From Synechococcus sp. (lineage in GTDB: Bacteria > Cyanobacteriota > Cyanobacteriia > Thermostichales > PCC-7336), in contig JBFRWD010000142.1 of the NCBI GenBank assembly GCA_051439425.1, forward strand, positions 1-54,562: 54,562 bases of DNA. The letters are read 5' to 3'. Made by a program: the position numbers and the translations under genes. Shown piece by piece: positions 31,599-41,492 of this stretch. Each line of letters starts with the position of its first letter. Within the stretch, counting starts at the first letter, position 1. The notes under the pieces are model-generated. The model searched no databases and was not told the DNA's origin. It saw nothing but the letters and a program-made list of their open reading frames with translations.

Positions 31599-32737
31599 GA
31601 ACACCAATCGCCTGGCTCAATCTTGTCCATGAAAAAACGCGGTTGCTAGTGGCGATCGCGGGGGTTAGCTTTGCCGTGCTGCTGGTGTTCATGAATCTAG
31701 GCTTTCTGGGGGCACTCGCCGTAACGGCCTCCCAGCTCTACACCCGCATGGATGGCGATATTTTCCTCATTTCTCCAGTCAGCCAAGATATCAGTTCCGC
31801 CAAGCCCTTCACGATCGAGCGACTGTACCAAGCTGAAGGCATCGATGGTGTGACACATGCCATGCCCCTCTATGTCAGCTACGGCCAATGGCGCAATCCA
31901 GAGACTCGGATTAACCGAGCTATCTTCTTTTTTGGGACTAACCCCAACGATGGATTGTTTCAATTACCGGAGTTGGCCGCTCCTGAGATACAAGCTGCGT
32001 TACTTCGCCCGAACACAGTCTTGATGGATGTACTATCGCGACCGGAGTTTGGCCCCACTGACACTGGTACCGTGACCGAAACAGAAGGACGGCGAGTGAC
32101 CGTTGGCGGTCAGTATGCTCTAGGGGGTGGGTTTGCAGCCGATGGCACCGTGATGCTGAGCGATCAGAACTTTTTTCGCTACTTTACACGCCGCTCCATA
32201 GATACAGTCGATGTGGGCGTTGTGCAGTTAGAGGCTGGTGCCGATGCGATCGCCGTGCGAGATAAGCTCCGCGAGATATTGCCCCAAGACGTAGAAGTCT
32301 ACACGCAAGCAGGTATTGTCGAGCGGGAGCGGTCCTACTGGATCGAAACCACATCCACCGGATTTATTTTCGGCATGGGAGTCGCCGTCTCCTTGATTGT
32401 TGGAGCCGTGATTGTCTATCAGATTCTCTACACGGACATCTCGGATCGGTTACCGGAATACGCCACCCTGAAGGCGATGGGGTACCGCGATACCTATCTA
32501 TTCGGTATCGTCTTGCAGGAAGCAGGCATCTTGGCGGGGTTAGGCTACACACCGGGGTTTGTGGTGTCCATAGCCCTCTACAAGTTGGCCTACGCTGCCA
32601 CCAGCGGCACGCTGCCGGTAGGCATGGAGCTTGAGCGTGCGATCAATGTGTTCATCATGGTGTTGGTTATGTGTATCGTATCGGGGGCGATCGCCATGCA
32701 AAAAGTCGTCCGAGCCGATCCGGCGGAGATATTCTAA
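31595..32737 (+). CDS. devC: DevC-like ABC permease
   Basis: TPIAWLNL...RLLVAIAGVSFAVLLVF, VYQILYTD, EYATLKAMGY, ADPAEIF; GTGA overlap with devB. Confidence 0.92.
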   Translation: MRTPIAWLNLVHEKTRLLVAIAGVSFAVLLVFMNLGFLGALAVTASQLYTRMDGDIFLISPVSQDISSAKPFTIERLYQAEGIDGVTHAMPLYVSYGQWRNPETRINRAIFFFGTNPNDGLFQLPELAAPEIQAALLRPNTVLMDVLSRPEFGPTDTGTVTETEGRRVTVGGQYALGGGFAADGTVMLSDQNFFRYFTRRSIDTVDVGVVQLEAGADAIAVRDKLREILPQDVEVYTQAGIVERERSYWIETTSTGFIFGMGVAVSLIVGAVIVYQILYTDISDRLPEYATLKAMGYRDTYLFGIVLQEAGILAGLGYTPGFVVSIALYKLAYAATSGTLPVGMELERAINVFIMVLVMCIVSGAIAMQKVVRADPAEIF

Positions 32738-33948
32738 TGGCTCTGTTTGGCACAATTCGGCAGTTCTATCGCACAACCTATCTTGGCCGCCACACGCCTC
32801 TAGCCTGGAATAATCTCACTTTCGAGCGTCGTCGCTTTGTGGTTGCACTCGCCGGAGTCGCTTTCGCTGTTTTGCTCATGTTCATTTTTAACGGTTTTAA
32901 AAACGCCCTGTATGACAGTCAGGTGCAACTACACAAAGCTCTGAATGGCGAAATCGTGATTGTCAATCGCATTAAAACCAATATGTTTGTGCCGGAACAG
33001 TTTGCCCGAAACCGCCTGTATCAGGCCCAAGCCTACGAAGGGGTGGAAGCGGCCTACCCGCTATATCTGGAAGTCTCAGCTCCCTGGAAAAACCCCGAAA
33101 CGGGTCGCACCACTCGTTTACGAGCAATCGCCTTTAACCCGAACGATCCGGTCTTGCTTCTATCCGATATTGAAGAGGAACTGGAGGCTTTACGTCTGCC
33201 CGAAACCGTTTTGATGGATATACGATCTCGCCCTGAAGTTGGCCCCGTGCGATCGGATGTCGTTACGGAATTGGCAGATCGACGCGTGCGATCGGTCGGA
33301 ACGTTTGATTTAGGTACAGACTTTGCCGCAGGAAATGGCAATGTACTGATGAGTGACAACAATTTTCTTCGTTATTTTGCCAATCAGGGACCAGAAGTGG
33401 ACGACCGCACTTTAAACACGGTAGACGTGGGAGTGGTCAAGGTCGTTCCAGGAACCGACGTAGAAGCTCTGACGGCCCAACTGCAACAGGGACTGCCCAA
33501 CGATGTCTCGGTTATGACAATGGCAGCATTTGCAGACCGGGAGATTCGCTACTGGCAAGACAATACCAATATTGGCTTCATCTTTGGCCTGCTGACCATG
33601 ATGGGGTTTGTGGTCGGGATCATCCTGGTCTATCAGATTCTCTACACCGATGTGGCCAACCACTGGGTAGAATATGCCACTCTCAAAGCAATTGGATATA
33701 ACGATCGCTATTTATTCGGTGTACTGATGCAAGAAGCGATTCTGCTATCCGTGATGGGATTTGTGCCCGGCTGTGCTGCCAGCCTTGGCCTTTACAACCT
33801 CACCAGCAAAACCACCGGTTTGCTGATGGTTCTCACCCCCTTGCGGGCTTTCAACATTTTTGCGGGCACGTTTGTCATGTGTTTAGTATCGGGGGTCATT
33901 GCCTTACGGCGAGTTCAAGCCGCCGATCCAGCCGAAGTGTTCGACTGA
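32737..33948 (+). CDS. devC: Second DevC-like ABC permease
   Basis: TPLAWNNL, VYQILYTD, EYATLKAIGY, ADPAEVF; TAATG overlap places the start at 32737. Confidence 0.92.
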   Translation: MALFGTIRQFYRTTYLGRHTPLAWNNLTFERRRFVVALAGVAFAVLLMFIFNGFKNALYDSQVQLHKALNGEIVIVNRIKTNMFVPEQFARNRLYQAQAYEGVEAAYPLYLEVSAPWKNPETGRTTRLRAIAFNPNDPVLLLSDIEEELEALRLPETVLMDIRSRPEVGPVRSDVVTELADRRVRSVGTFDLGTDFAAGNGNVLMSDNNFLRYFANQGPEVDDRTLNTVDVGVVKVVPGTDVEALTAQLQQGLPNDVSVMTMAAFADREIRYWQDNTNIGFIFGLLTMMGFVVGIILVYQILYTDVANHWVEYATLKAIGYNDRYLFGVLMQEAILLSVMGFVPGCAASLGLYNLTSKTTGLLMVLTPLRAFNIFAGTFVMCLVSGVIALRRVQAADPAEVFD

Positions 33949-34018
33949 ACTGCGGCACCTGCAGGCTCAATGCTTGAACCCGCTAACCTCGCTAACCTCA
34001 AGAATTCCAACGCCAAGA

Positions 34019-34813
34019 ATGAACACAGCTCCCGATACCCAATTCCAGCCCGAGCACTTGTCAGGGAAGCCCAAACCACCATTGGCGGTTTGTGTTAGCC
34101 ACCTGAATTATTATTTTGGCGAGAAAGAACTGCGCAAGCAGGTGCTGTTTGACATCAATCTAGACTTACCTCAAGGTCAAATCGTCATTATGACCGGTCC
34201 TTCCGGGTCGGGTAAAACCACCCTGCTGACGCTGGTGGGAGCTTTACGTTCGGCCCAGGAAGGCAGCTTGCAGGTCTTGAGCCGCGAGCTGGTGGGGGTA
34301 AGCCAATCTCAACTGGTGAACGTGCGCCGGAATATCGGCTTTATTTTTCAGTCCCACAACTTATTCGAGTCTCTTACCGCCAGTCAAAATGTCGAAATGG
34401 CCGTAGAACTCACCGACCAGATTGACCACAAACGCAAGCTGGCTGAAGACATGCTCGGGCGGTTGGGCCTATCCCACCGAATCAATTACAAGCCGCGATC
34501 GCTATCTGGAGGGCAAAATCAGCGAGTGGCGATCGCCCGTGCGCTGGTCAATCGTCCTCAGTTAATTCTGGCGGACGAGCCAACAGCGGCGTTAGACAAA
34601 GCTTCGGGACGCGAGGTGGTGACAATCATGCAAGAACTCGTGAAAGAGCAAGGTTGCACAATTTTGATTGTGACCCACGACAACCGTATTCTGGATATTG
34701 CCGATCGCATCATTAACTTGGTGGACGGCACATTAGAGTCGGACGAAAGTCTTCAAAGCTTCGTTAACACTCACGATCCAAAATCTCTGGATCGGCGAAT
34801 GTTTATGATGTGA
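34019..34813 (+). CDS. devA: DevA-like ABC ATP-binding protein
   Basis: LNYYFGEKELRKQVL, GPSGSGKTT, LSGGQNQR, ADEPTAALD, THDNRILD. Confidence 0.93.
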   Translation: MNTAPDTQFQPEHLSGKPKPPLAVCVSHLNYYFGEKELRKQVLFDINLDLPQGQIVIMTGPSGSGKTTLLTLVGALRSAQEGSLQVLSRELVGVSQSQLVNVRRNIGFIFQSHNLFESLTASQNVEMAVELTDQIDHKRKLAEDMLGRLGLSHRINYKPRSLSGGQNQRVAIARALVNRPQLILADEPTAALDKASGREVVTIMQELVKEQGCTILIVTHDNRILDIADRIINLVDGTLESDESLQSFVNTHDPKSLDRRMFMM

Positions 34814-35048
34814 GGGTCTGCCGACGAGCACACACGAAGCTGAAATTGCGTCTAGACACCTGCTCTCAGCTTCAGTCAACACCACGTTGACGGGATACAA
34901 ATCAGACAAAGCCTGGTAATTCGACAGAGTCAGCGCAGCAAGGGCAATAGTCAACACAAAGATCGACGGTGACTCCGAGGAGCCACCGTTGTCTAGAGAT
35001 AAAGTGCCTGCACACCAACCAGAGGAGGGTCAGCAGATTTCCAGTAGA

Positions 35049-35813
35049 TTACTTAGAGTCATCTACAGAAACAGACGCGGGAACCTGGCCTAAAGCTTCG
35101 ACTAGCGCCCGCACCTGGGCGATTGCAGCCAGGTCGTTGTCCAAACGGCCGATCGCAGTCCCAACCCCAACCCCAGAAGCTCCAGCAGCGATCGCCATTG
35201 GCACTGTCGCAGTTGAAAGGCCCGACGCGCACAGAACCGGGATCGACACAGCTCGGCTAATTTCGTAGGCAGCGGCCAGAGTCGGGGCTGCTTTTTCAAT
35301 CAGCCCTAATGTGCCAGCATGCAAGAGCGAGCTGCTTGTCCCGCCCTCAGTCTGGATAAAGTCAACCCCTTGCTGTTCTAACTGTTCGGCTAACTCTGCT
35401 TGCAAATCCAAGGGTAATGTGTGCGGGACAGTGACAGACAACAAGGTTCTTGGAAGCAAAGTACGAGTAGCTGCAGCCAGCTCAAGCACTTCAGACGCAG
35501 AAAATTGACGCCCTGAAGCATAGAAGCTGTCATAGTTGCCGATCTCGACAAAGTCAGCGCCACCCTCTACAGCTTGCTTTAATAGCTGCGGGTCAATCGC
35601 AGAAACGCAAATCGGCAACTGAGTTTCGCGGCGGGCCATGTCGATCAAAGCAGGGTCAGCGGCAATATCGACCCAAGAAGCGCCTCCAATCTCTGCGGCT
35701 CGCACTACCCGGCAGACACGCTCGGCGTTGAAATTGTGAAGGCCGCTAATCGCTTTCAGCGCTCGGCGCTCAGCCAAGGCCTCCAGCATGGCTGCGATTT
35801 TTGGGGAAGGCAT
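35049..35813 (-). CDS. ycf23: DUF561 / Ycf23 family protein
   Basis: LKAISGLHNF, VDIAAD, EIGNYDSFY, SVTVPH, IQTEGG, LIEKAAPTLA. Confidence 0.9.
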   Translation of the reverse strand: MPSPKIAAMLEALAERRALKAISGLHNFNAERVCRVVRAAEIGGASWVDIAADPALIDMARRETQLPICVSAIDPQLLKQAVEGGADFVEIGNYDSFYASGRQFSASEVLELAAATRTLLPRTLLSVTVPHTLPLDLQAELAEQLEQQGVDFIQTEGGTSSSLLHAGTLGLIEKAAPTLAAAYEISRAVSIPVLCASGLSTATVPMAIAAGASGVGVGTAIGRLDNDLAAIAQVRALVEALGQVPASVSVDDSK

Positions 35814-36092
35814 AGCACTGAATCTCCCAACGATAAGACATAGGTGGGGGACGCTAACCGGATTTGACCCAACTAGCATCAGTCGAACCCTGAGACTTAA
35901 GTGTAGGGGGTAGGATGTAGCCTGAGCACGTAAAGAAACAACATGTTTTATGACGTTGTCAGCATGAATTGCAGATGCCCCAGAGTCACCACAATATTCG
36001 CTCGTGAACTAGCACTCTAGATCGCCTTCGCCCAATGCTTCTTTGGATAAATATGTCTCCACAGGGGCGGATGACAAATATCAATAAGACAG

Positions 36093-36908
36093 CTATGCAA
36101 ATAAGCTTTCCATAACAACAGTTTCACCAGAAGACGATGATTCTTTCGGCAGTTCGGTCTTAGGAACATTTGGTTCTGAGGTATCTGAACTAAAGTTTTC
36201 GGGAGACTGATTGCGATCCAGTTGGTGCATGTTCTCAGACAATTCCTTCGCCTTGCTGTAAGCTTCAATATTGCCTTCTTTGAAAAAAACTTTTGCTGCT
36301 TCGCGGAAATCTTGAACCGCTTTTTGCTTATCCTCAACGTTGGTATGGGCAATACCTCGGTTATAGAACGCTTTGGCATTATTTTGGTCACGAGCAATCA
36401 CTTCACTGTAGTCATCAATCGCTTCACGCAAATCGCCTAAACGGTGATGACCAACTGCGCGTGCATAGAAAGACTCTGCAGACGGCGGGACATTGAGTAA
36501 ATGCTGAGTGCAGTTCTGCACTGTTCGTAAGTTGCGAGCAATCAGCTGCAATTCCTCTAGTTTAGTGTTGCAATCTTGTAGCTGAAGCGAAACTTGCAGT
36601 GACTCGGTATTAATCCTTTCCTGAATCGCCGATACGGTTTTCTTCTGCAGCGTGGATAAACTTTGCTCCTGCACCAAAAGAGCCGATTGCAGACGATTAA
36701 TCTCCTTAGAAACTTGCTCAATCGCTTGCTTACGATTAGTAAGGCTTAATAGAGCAGCACAGGATAGAGGTACTGTTGCAAACGCAACCTGTTCGAGTAA
36801 AATTGCTGCAACTGTGCCACCGAAAGATGCAGCTATGGCGCCCCATTCAGCAACGCTTTTCCAGCTTTTCTGATTGCTTGATTTAGAGGCAAGATGTGGA
36901 TTAGACAT
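36093..36908 (-). CDS. Membrane-anchored TPR protein (Slr0151-like)
   Basis: Two N-terminal hydrophobic helices, a coiled coil, TPRs (AIDDYSEVIARDQNNAKAFYNRG); last gene of the V4R operon. Confidence 0.82.
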   Translation of the reverse strand: MSNPHLASKSSNQKSWKSVAEWGAIAASFGGTVAAILLEQVAFATVPLSCAALLSLTNRKQAIEQVSKEINRLQSALLVQEQSLSTLQKKTVSAIQERINTESLQVSLQLQDCNTKLEELQLIARNLRTVQNCTQHLLNVPPSAESFYARAVGHHRLGDLREAIDDYSEVIARDQNNAKAFYNRGIAHTNVEDKQKAVQDFREAAKVFFKEGNIEAYSKAKELSENMHQLDRNQSPENFSSDTSEPNVPKTELPKESSSSGETVVMESLFA

Positions 36909-37068
36909 TGGAATAGACTCCGTAAGACAGTAGCACTAACCTCGAGAATCAATTGTTGGTAGTGCTGAAATTTTTGCGTTTAGCCATTCATTCAGAACCG
37001 ATTAAGTGCGGCAGCTGGAGAACGCAGTTGGCGTTAGCTAGTATGCCCGTTTGACAGAAGGCAAATAT

Positions 37069-37551
37069 CTATAAATTCCCAAGAATTATTTGATTCAAAG
37101 CTAAGATTGGCTTTACAAATTGTCGCTCATCTTCGCTCAGCCTATCGAGAATTATTTTAGGCTTGATTTTATATGTTAATTTGGTCCATTCTTTAACATT
37201 TACAGGCTTTGCTACATTCATGATAGTCCGGTACCACAAGAGTAATGCCTGCTTTATACGCTCCAAATCACCAGATAAAACTGCGGCGGTTGTATATCTG
37301 AGGCTAATTTCTTGATCGCGATGGAAAAAGGACTTATAGTCTTCTCCATCGACTACGAACAAATTCTCATCATCTTCTAACATCTTCAAAGCTGTTTCGA
37401 TGGCGATGTCACCTCGAATCTCTCGTAGCTTTTGATAGGTTTTGACTCGCTTCTTAGAGGAAGCAATATACTCACGCAAAAATTCTAGTTCTTCAGTACA
37501 GGCATATCGCCCATCTGTTTGTACAGTTAGTTGCGACAATTGTTTCAGCAT
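37069..37551 (-). CDS. Phycobiliprotein-like (globin-fold) protein (Slr0149-like)
   Basis: DGRYACTEELEFL and HRDQEISLRYTTAAVLSGD resemble APC/PC helices. Confidence 0.8.
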   Translation of the reverse strand: MLKQLSQLTVQTDGRYACTEELEFLREYIASSKKRVKTYQKLREIRGDIAIETALKMLEDDENLFVVDGEDYKSFFHRDQEISLRYTTAAVLSGDLERIKQALLLWYRTIMNVAKPVNVKEWTKLTYKIKPKIILDRLSEDERQFVKPILALNQIILGNL

Positions 37552-37636
37552 GAAAGATTCTCCAATTTTGTCGATAGTGGCTGATTTTAGCTAGTCCATT
37601 GTTATCGTGAAGGTCTTGTTTTACTGCCTTCAGTCT

Positions 37637-38176
37637 CTATCCAACACTGTCCGTTTCTGCCAGCAAGCGACCAATTTCCAGCTGAGCCGATTGCAACTCT
37701 TGAGCTACGGTTCGGGTGATTAACTTGTACTCTTCCACCATCAGCTTGCCGGATAGAGGATGCAGAATATCTTCTTGTGCTCGACGACCCACCAGCGTTT
37801 CGATATCGTCCTCGACACTGAGGTACATTCCGTCTGGCACTTCAACGGTAATGTCACCACTGCCCAGAACTCTTGCCTGACAGGACAATCTAGAATTCTT
37901 GTCACAATTCGGCAGCATCGACAGCGTACGCTTTTCTCGCCCAGCAATAGGGGTCAAGTTGTCTCCACCATCGAGCACCTGGACGTGACAGGTGGCACAC
38001 ATGCCTCGACGCCCACATTCCTGTTGAATATTGAGCTTCTGCGCCAGCAAACCTGATAGCAGAGTTTCATTCTCCGGAATGGTGACCTGTGCATTAACAG
38101 GTTCAATGGTGACAGTAGCCATAGTTTGATTGGATGCAATTGAGGCAATATCGGTGGCAGCTAAACCGTCGGACAT
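37637..38176 (-). CDS. 2Fe-2S ferredoxin with C-terminal extension (Slr0148-like)
   Basis: CGRRGMCATC...RLSCQ. Confidence 0.9.
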   Translation of the reverse strand: MSDGLAATDIASIASNQTMATVTIEPVNAQVTIPENETLLSGLLAQKLNIQQECGRRGMCATCHVQVLDGGDNLTPIAGREKRTLSMLPNCDKNSRLSCQARVLGSGDITVEVPDGMYLSVEDDIETLVGRRAQEDILHPLSGKLMVEEYKLITRTVAQELQSAQLEIGRLLAETDSVG

Positions 38177-38179
38177 TTA

Positions 38180-38857
38180 CTATTCCTCCTTTTCTTCTAA
38201 AATCGGACACAAACGAAGCATGATGTTGGTATGAGACTCCCCCTCTTCAATGCCGGCCTCTGCTACCCTTAAACGCTCCTCTGTGCCGATGATGAAGCTA
38301 TTGAAAGGGGCACCCATCGACTCGCAGGCTGTTTGAACGCAATGCAGGGGCTGTCCACTTAGTTGCGTGAAGAACGCACTAAAGAAGCCCGCTTCCGCTG
38401 AGGCTGACGGCCGTTCGCGCTTGCCTGCAGCTTGAGCAAACGAGGATTTACTAGTGCGAACAACAATGAAGCCCCGATCGCGATTCTGCATATCCAGCTC
38501 AATCGTGCCCAAGCCATGAGCCTTCCAGCATTGTTTAAGGGACTGGAGAAAGTTGACCATTTCCAGCTCGGCCAAAAGCTTTCCGTGATATTCGGCCATT
38601 TCCCTAGCAAATCGGCGGTAAAAGTTTTTGCCCCACCAGCGACCGAAACTGAAGAGTACCTGATGTGCAGCAGAACCCAGCTCGTCTTCAATACCGATAT
38701 AGATGCCGTCTAAAAACGTGTCCGGCAAGGCTAGTAATCTGTCACCCGCTCGACTTTCGAGTAGGCCAGCCTCAAAATCCCCCTGCACATAGGCATCGTT
38801 GATGTAATAGTTGCTAGGAATTTTTGGGGCTTTCAGTATTTCTGTAACATCAAGCAT
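38180..38857 (-). CDS. V4R-domain protein (Slr0147-like)
   Basis: GLLESRAGDRLLALP, GRWWGKNFY, HGLGTIELD, HCVQTACESMG. Confidence 0.85.
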   Translation of the reverse strand: MLDVTEILKAPKIPSNYYINDAYVQGDFEAGLLESRAGDRLLALPDTFLDGIYIGIEDELGSAAHQVLFSFGRWWGKNFYRRFAREMAEYHGKLLAELEMVNFLQSLKQCWKAHGLGTIELDMQNRDRGFIVVRTSKSSFAQAAGKRERPSASAEAGFFSAFFTQLSGQPLHCVQTACESMGAPFNSFIIGTEERLRVAEAGIEEGESHTNIMLRLCPILEEKEE

Positions 38858-38952
38858 TAGTTTGTTCCACCTTCAGAATGGGGATTGAAGCTCGATTCTC
38901 TGTGGGGCAAATATTTCAAAATTGTTGAAGTTTGCCTGAGAATTCGTCGGCA

Positions 38953-39441
38953 TTAAAATTGCAGTGCAATTTCAGGGGCGGATTTCTCCAGCACTATTTC
39001 TTTAGCCAATTTGAGATATGGCTCGATGAGTTCGCGCTCGGAACCGGACAGGAGTTTCTTCAAGCGCTTGACCATGGAACGATCGAGACTGTTCTGAATT
39101 TCCTGAAGATCGTGAGCCGCAACCACATCAGTCAGCCACTCCAGCAGGCGATATTTGAGAAAGTCCGGATCGTCAATCAACATGGCCATGGCACAGTAGC
39201 GCATGACCAAGACGTGATTTTGGAGGGCCAGCTGCAGGCGCCGGGGTGGCTCAGTGGGATAATCTTCTTGCAAGTTGAGTGCTAATCGCTGCACCAGCTT
39301 TTCTTCATTATCCCTAAGCTTTTCATAGAGATTGAGGCGTTCTTCTAGGCCATCAATCAGCATTTCAAACGTTTGCAAATCGGAATCTTGCAGATAGCTT
39401 TCTTCTGCTGCGTGAAACAGCAAGTTGAGTTGGTCGATCAT
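38953..39441 (-). CDS. Phycobiliprotein-like (globin-fold) protein (Slr0146-like)
   Basis: AEESYLQDSDL, VMRYCAMAMLIDDPDFLKYRLLEWL. Confidence 0.8.
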   Translation of the reverse strand: MIDQLNLLFHAAEESYLQDSDLQTFEMLIDGLEERLNLYEKLRDNEEKLVQRLALNLQEDYPTEPPRRLQLALQNHVLVMRYCAMAMLIDDPDFLKYRLLEWLTDVVAAHDLQEIQNSLDRSMVKRLKKLLSGSERELIEPYLKLAKEIVLEKSAPEIALQF

Positions 39442-39471
39442 GGAATTAGCCTCAAACTATGGCGGTGTAAT

Positions 39472-39780
39472 TTACGCAGAGATTTTGCGAGATGCTTGTT
39501 GCCCGAACTCTCTGAAAAATCGCCCGACTGGCATCGCCAGAGGCTTGATAACCGAGATCTCGCAAAAATCAGCCGTAAGAGCTTGCTTGCGTCTGTCCCA
39601 AGCCATCTCGTTAAAAAATTGGGTGATAGACATGCACTGCCACTTCAGCTCCTCTGAAGTACTAGCATGGCCGGTTCCGATCGACCCTCCTTCTACCGAT
39701 TCAGCGCTCGTTCCATCCCATGGAACATGCTCGAAAAAGCTCTGAACGCTGAGACAGTATGCAGAAAGCTTGGAATTCAT
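39472..39780 (-). CDS. Hypothetical protein (Slr0145-like)
   Basis: Internal repeats LSVQSFFEHVPWDG / MSITQFFNEMAWD / MPVGRFFREF; ATGA overlap with the upstream V4R gene. Confidence 0.75.
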   Translation of the reverse strand: MNSKLSAYCLSVQSFFEHVPWDGTSAESVEGGSIGTGHASTSEELKWQCMSITQFFNEMAWDRRKQALTADFCEISVIKPLAMPVGRFFREFGQQASRKISA

Positions 39781-40508
39781 CCCAAATACTCCCCATTAAT
39801 CAGACGTTTCTGAATATCTTTTGCCCCAGCACCTTCCTCTAGCCAGAAGCTAGCAGCATCGACACGGTCCTGTTTACCCAACAAAAACTTGCAGAAGGTT
39901 GAGCCCATTGCGTAGCACTGCAGCTCTACACATCCCAAATCTTGCTTGCTGAAACTGCTGAAGAATCCAGCAAAGAGACCCGCGTAAACGTGACAAACAG
40001 GCTTGCCTACGTTTCCAAGGGTGCGAGCGATCGCAGAATCAAAAATATTCAGAACAATAAAACCGTTTTTCTGATCTTCCAGATCGACTTCCCAATTCCC
40101 CCATCCTTGAGCAGTGAATGGCCACCACCATGACTCCAGCACTAGCGCTAGATTGGTGGTCAGCATATTGGTTTCGTATTCTTCTTCGTACCAATTTTTG
40201 AACACTGCTGAATCGCGCTCTCCCCAGGCCTTGCCAATGTTGTACATCACAGTGCTTGAAGCGCTGCCGACTTCTTCATCCAGGCCATGAATTAGCCCAA
40301 TGATGAAATCCTCGCTGACAAGAATATTTCTGGACTTATTCCAGTCCGTGATGGTACCTGACTGACGGTTGAGGTGAAAAAAATCTTCGAAGCGATAGTG
40401 AGCGTGAAGCTTCGGGAACAGCTCGCGCAGAGGGTGATCGGAGTGTTGTTTAATTTTTTCGTAAGTGCTACTCGGAGTTACGCCGATAGCTCCAGCTGTT
40501 GTAACCAT
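39777..40508 (-). CDS. V4R-domain protein (Slr0144-like)
   Basis: WWWPFTAQGWG, ARTLGNVGKPVCHVYAG, CVELQCYAMGSTFCKF. Confidence 0.88.
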   Translation of the reverse strand: MVTTAGAIGVTPSSTYEKIKQHSDHPLRELFPKLHAHYRFEDFFHLNRQSGTITDWNKSRNILVSEDFIIGLIHGLDEEVGSASSTVMYNIGKAWGERDSAVFKNWYEEEYETNMLTTNLALVLESWWWPFTAQGWGNWEVDLEDQKNGFIVLNIFDSAIARTLGNVGKPVCHVYAGLFAGFFSSFSKQDLGCVELQCYAMGSTFCKFLLGKQDRVDAASFWLEEGAGAKDIQKRLINGEYLG

Positions 40509-41492
40509 ATTTCAACTCCCCTCCAAATCAGGGCCGGAAAGAATTTCAGGTGATGGACGCAAAAGTACTGAGGACAAATGCCATTCAGCATTAAGGCACG
40601 GTCGGTGTTCTAAGAACAGGCTGATTAGCTTAAATCAGCGAAACCCTCTAGCCAGCTATGTAGCGAGCAACCAAAAGAATCGCTTATCTCAGTGCTCGCG
40701 ACCCGTGCTTTTACTTGGATACCCGTCTTGAGCACGGGACTTTCTCAGTATTTCTACTTGTGATGATGAATATGGCCATTGGGTTTACACTGTCAGTCAT
40801 TTTGCCTAGCTAGCAATACTGAAATTAAGCTGGTTCCCACTAGTACAACAACATTGCTAGAGACACCATATCCTCAGCGATCTCGACAGTTGTTCTGGTA
40901 ACCAATGAATGGTTGAAATACAACGATATTGGGTCGAACATATTTACCGCTCTTCCCCTCAAGATAGGGCCAGGAGAGGGTTATATGCCTGTTTTAGAAT
41001 GATTGACAAGGTCGTCGAATAAAAAATCTGCTCGACAAACAACAGTCATAGTAAGAGAGCCGAGCCATTAAAGTGGAAAGTTCTGAATCAGAAATCCACC
41101 CGATATTTCTCCAGAGTTCAAGCCAGTTGACTGTTATGAACTACATAAAATTGAATCTCAGTAATTACCGAGGGGTCTCGTGTCCCAAGACTAAGACCGT
41201 GTTACTGTGACCGCAAGCATCTTCTGAAGACAACGGTCTGAATTCCCATAACTAGCGGACCTACCGCAACTTCTCAGTATTTTTATTGGAGAGTGGGCTC
41301 GCGAGAATCGCTAGGGTCTCTACATGTTCAGAAAAAACAGAACGCATACATCTCAACATTCACAATTTTTCCGAGTGGTTTGTCAGGCATACTTTTCGGG
41401 ATACTGTCTCTTGCACATCGCTTTGCAGTTAGCCTGCAGTTGAGACCGATCTCCATCCTGATGTTGGCAGAACTCAACGTGTCGATCGGGAA

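Noticed and set aside
17836..34813. HepA-like and DevBCA genes as evidence of heterocyst formation
   Set aside because: Both families have paralogs in non-heterocystous cyanobacteria, and no hgl, het or nif genes are present
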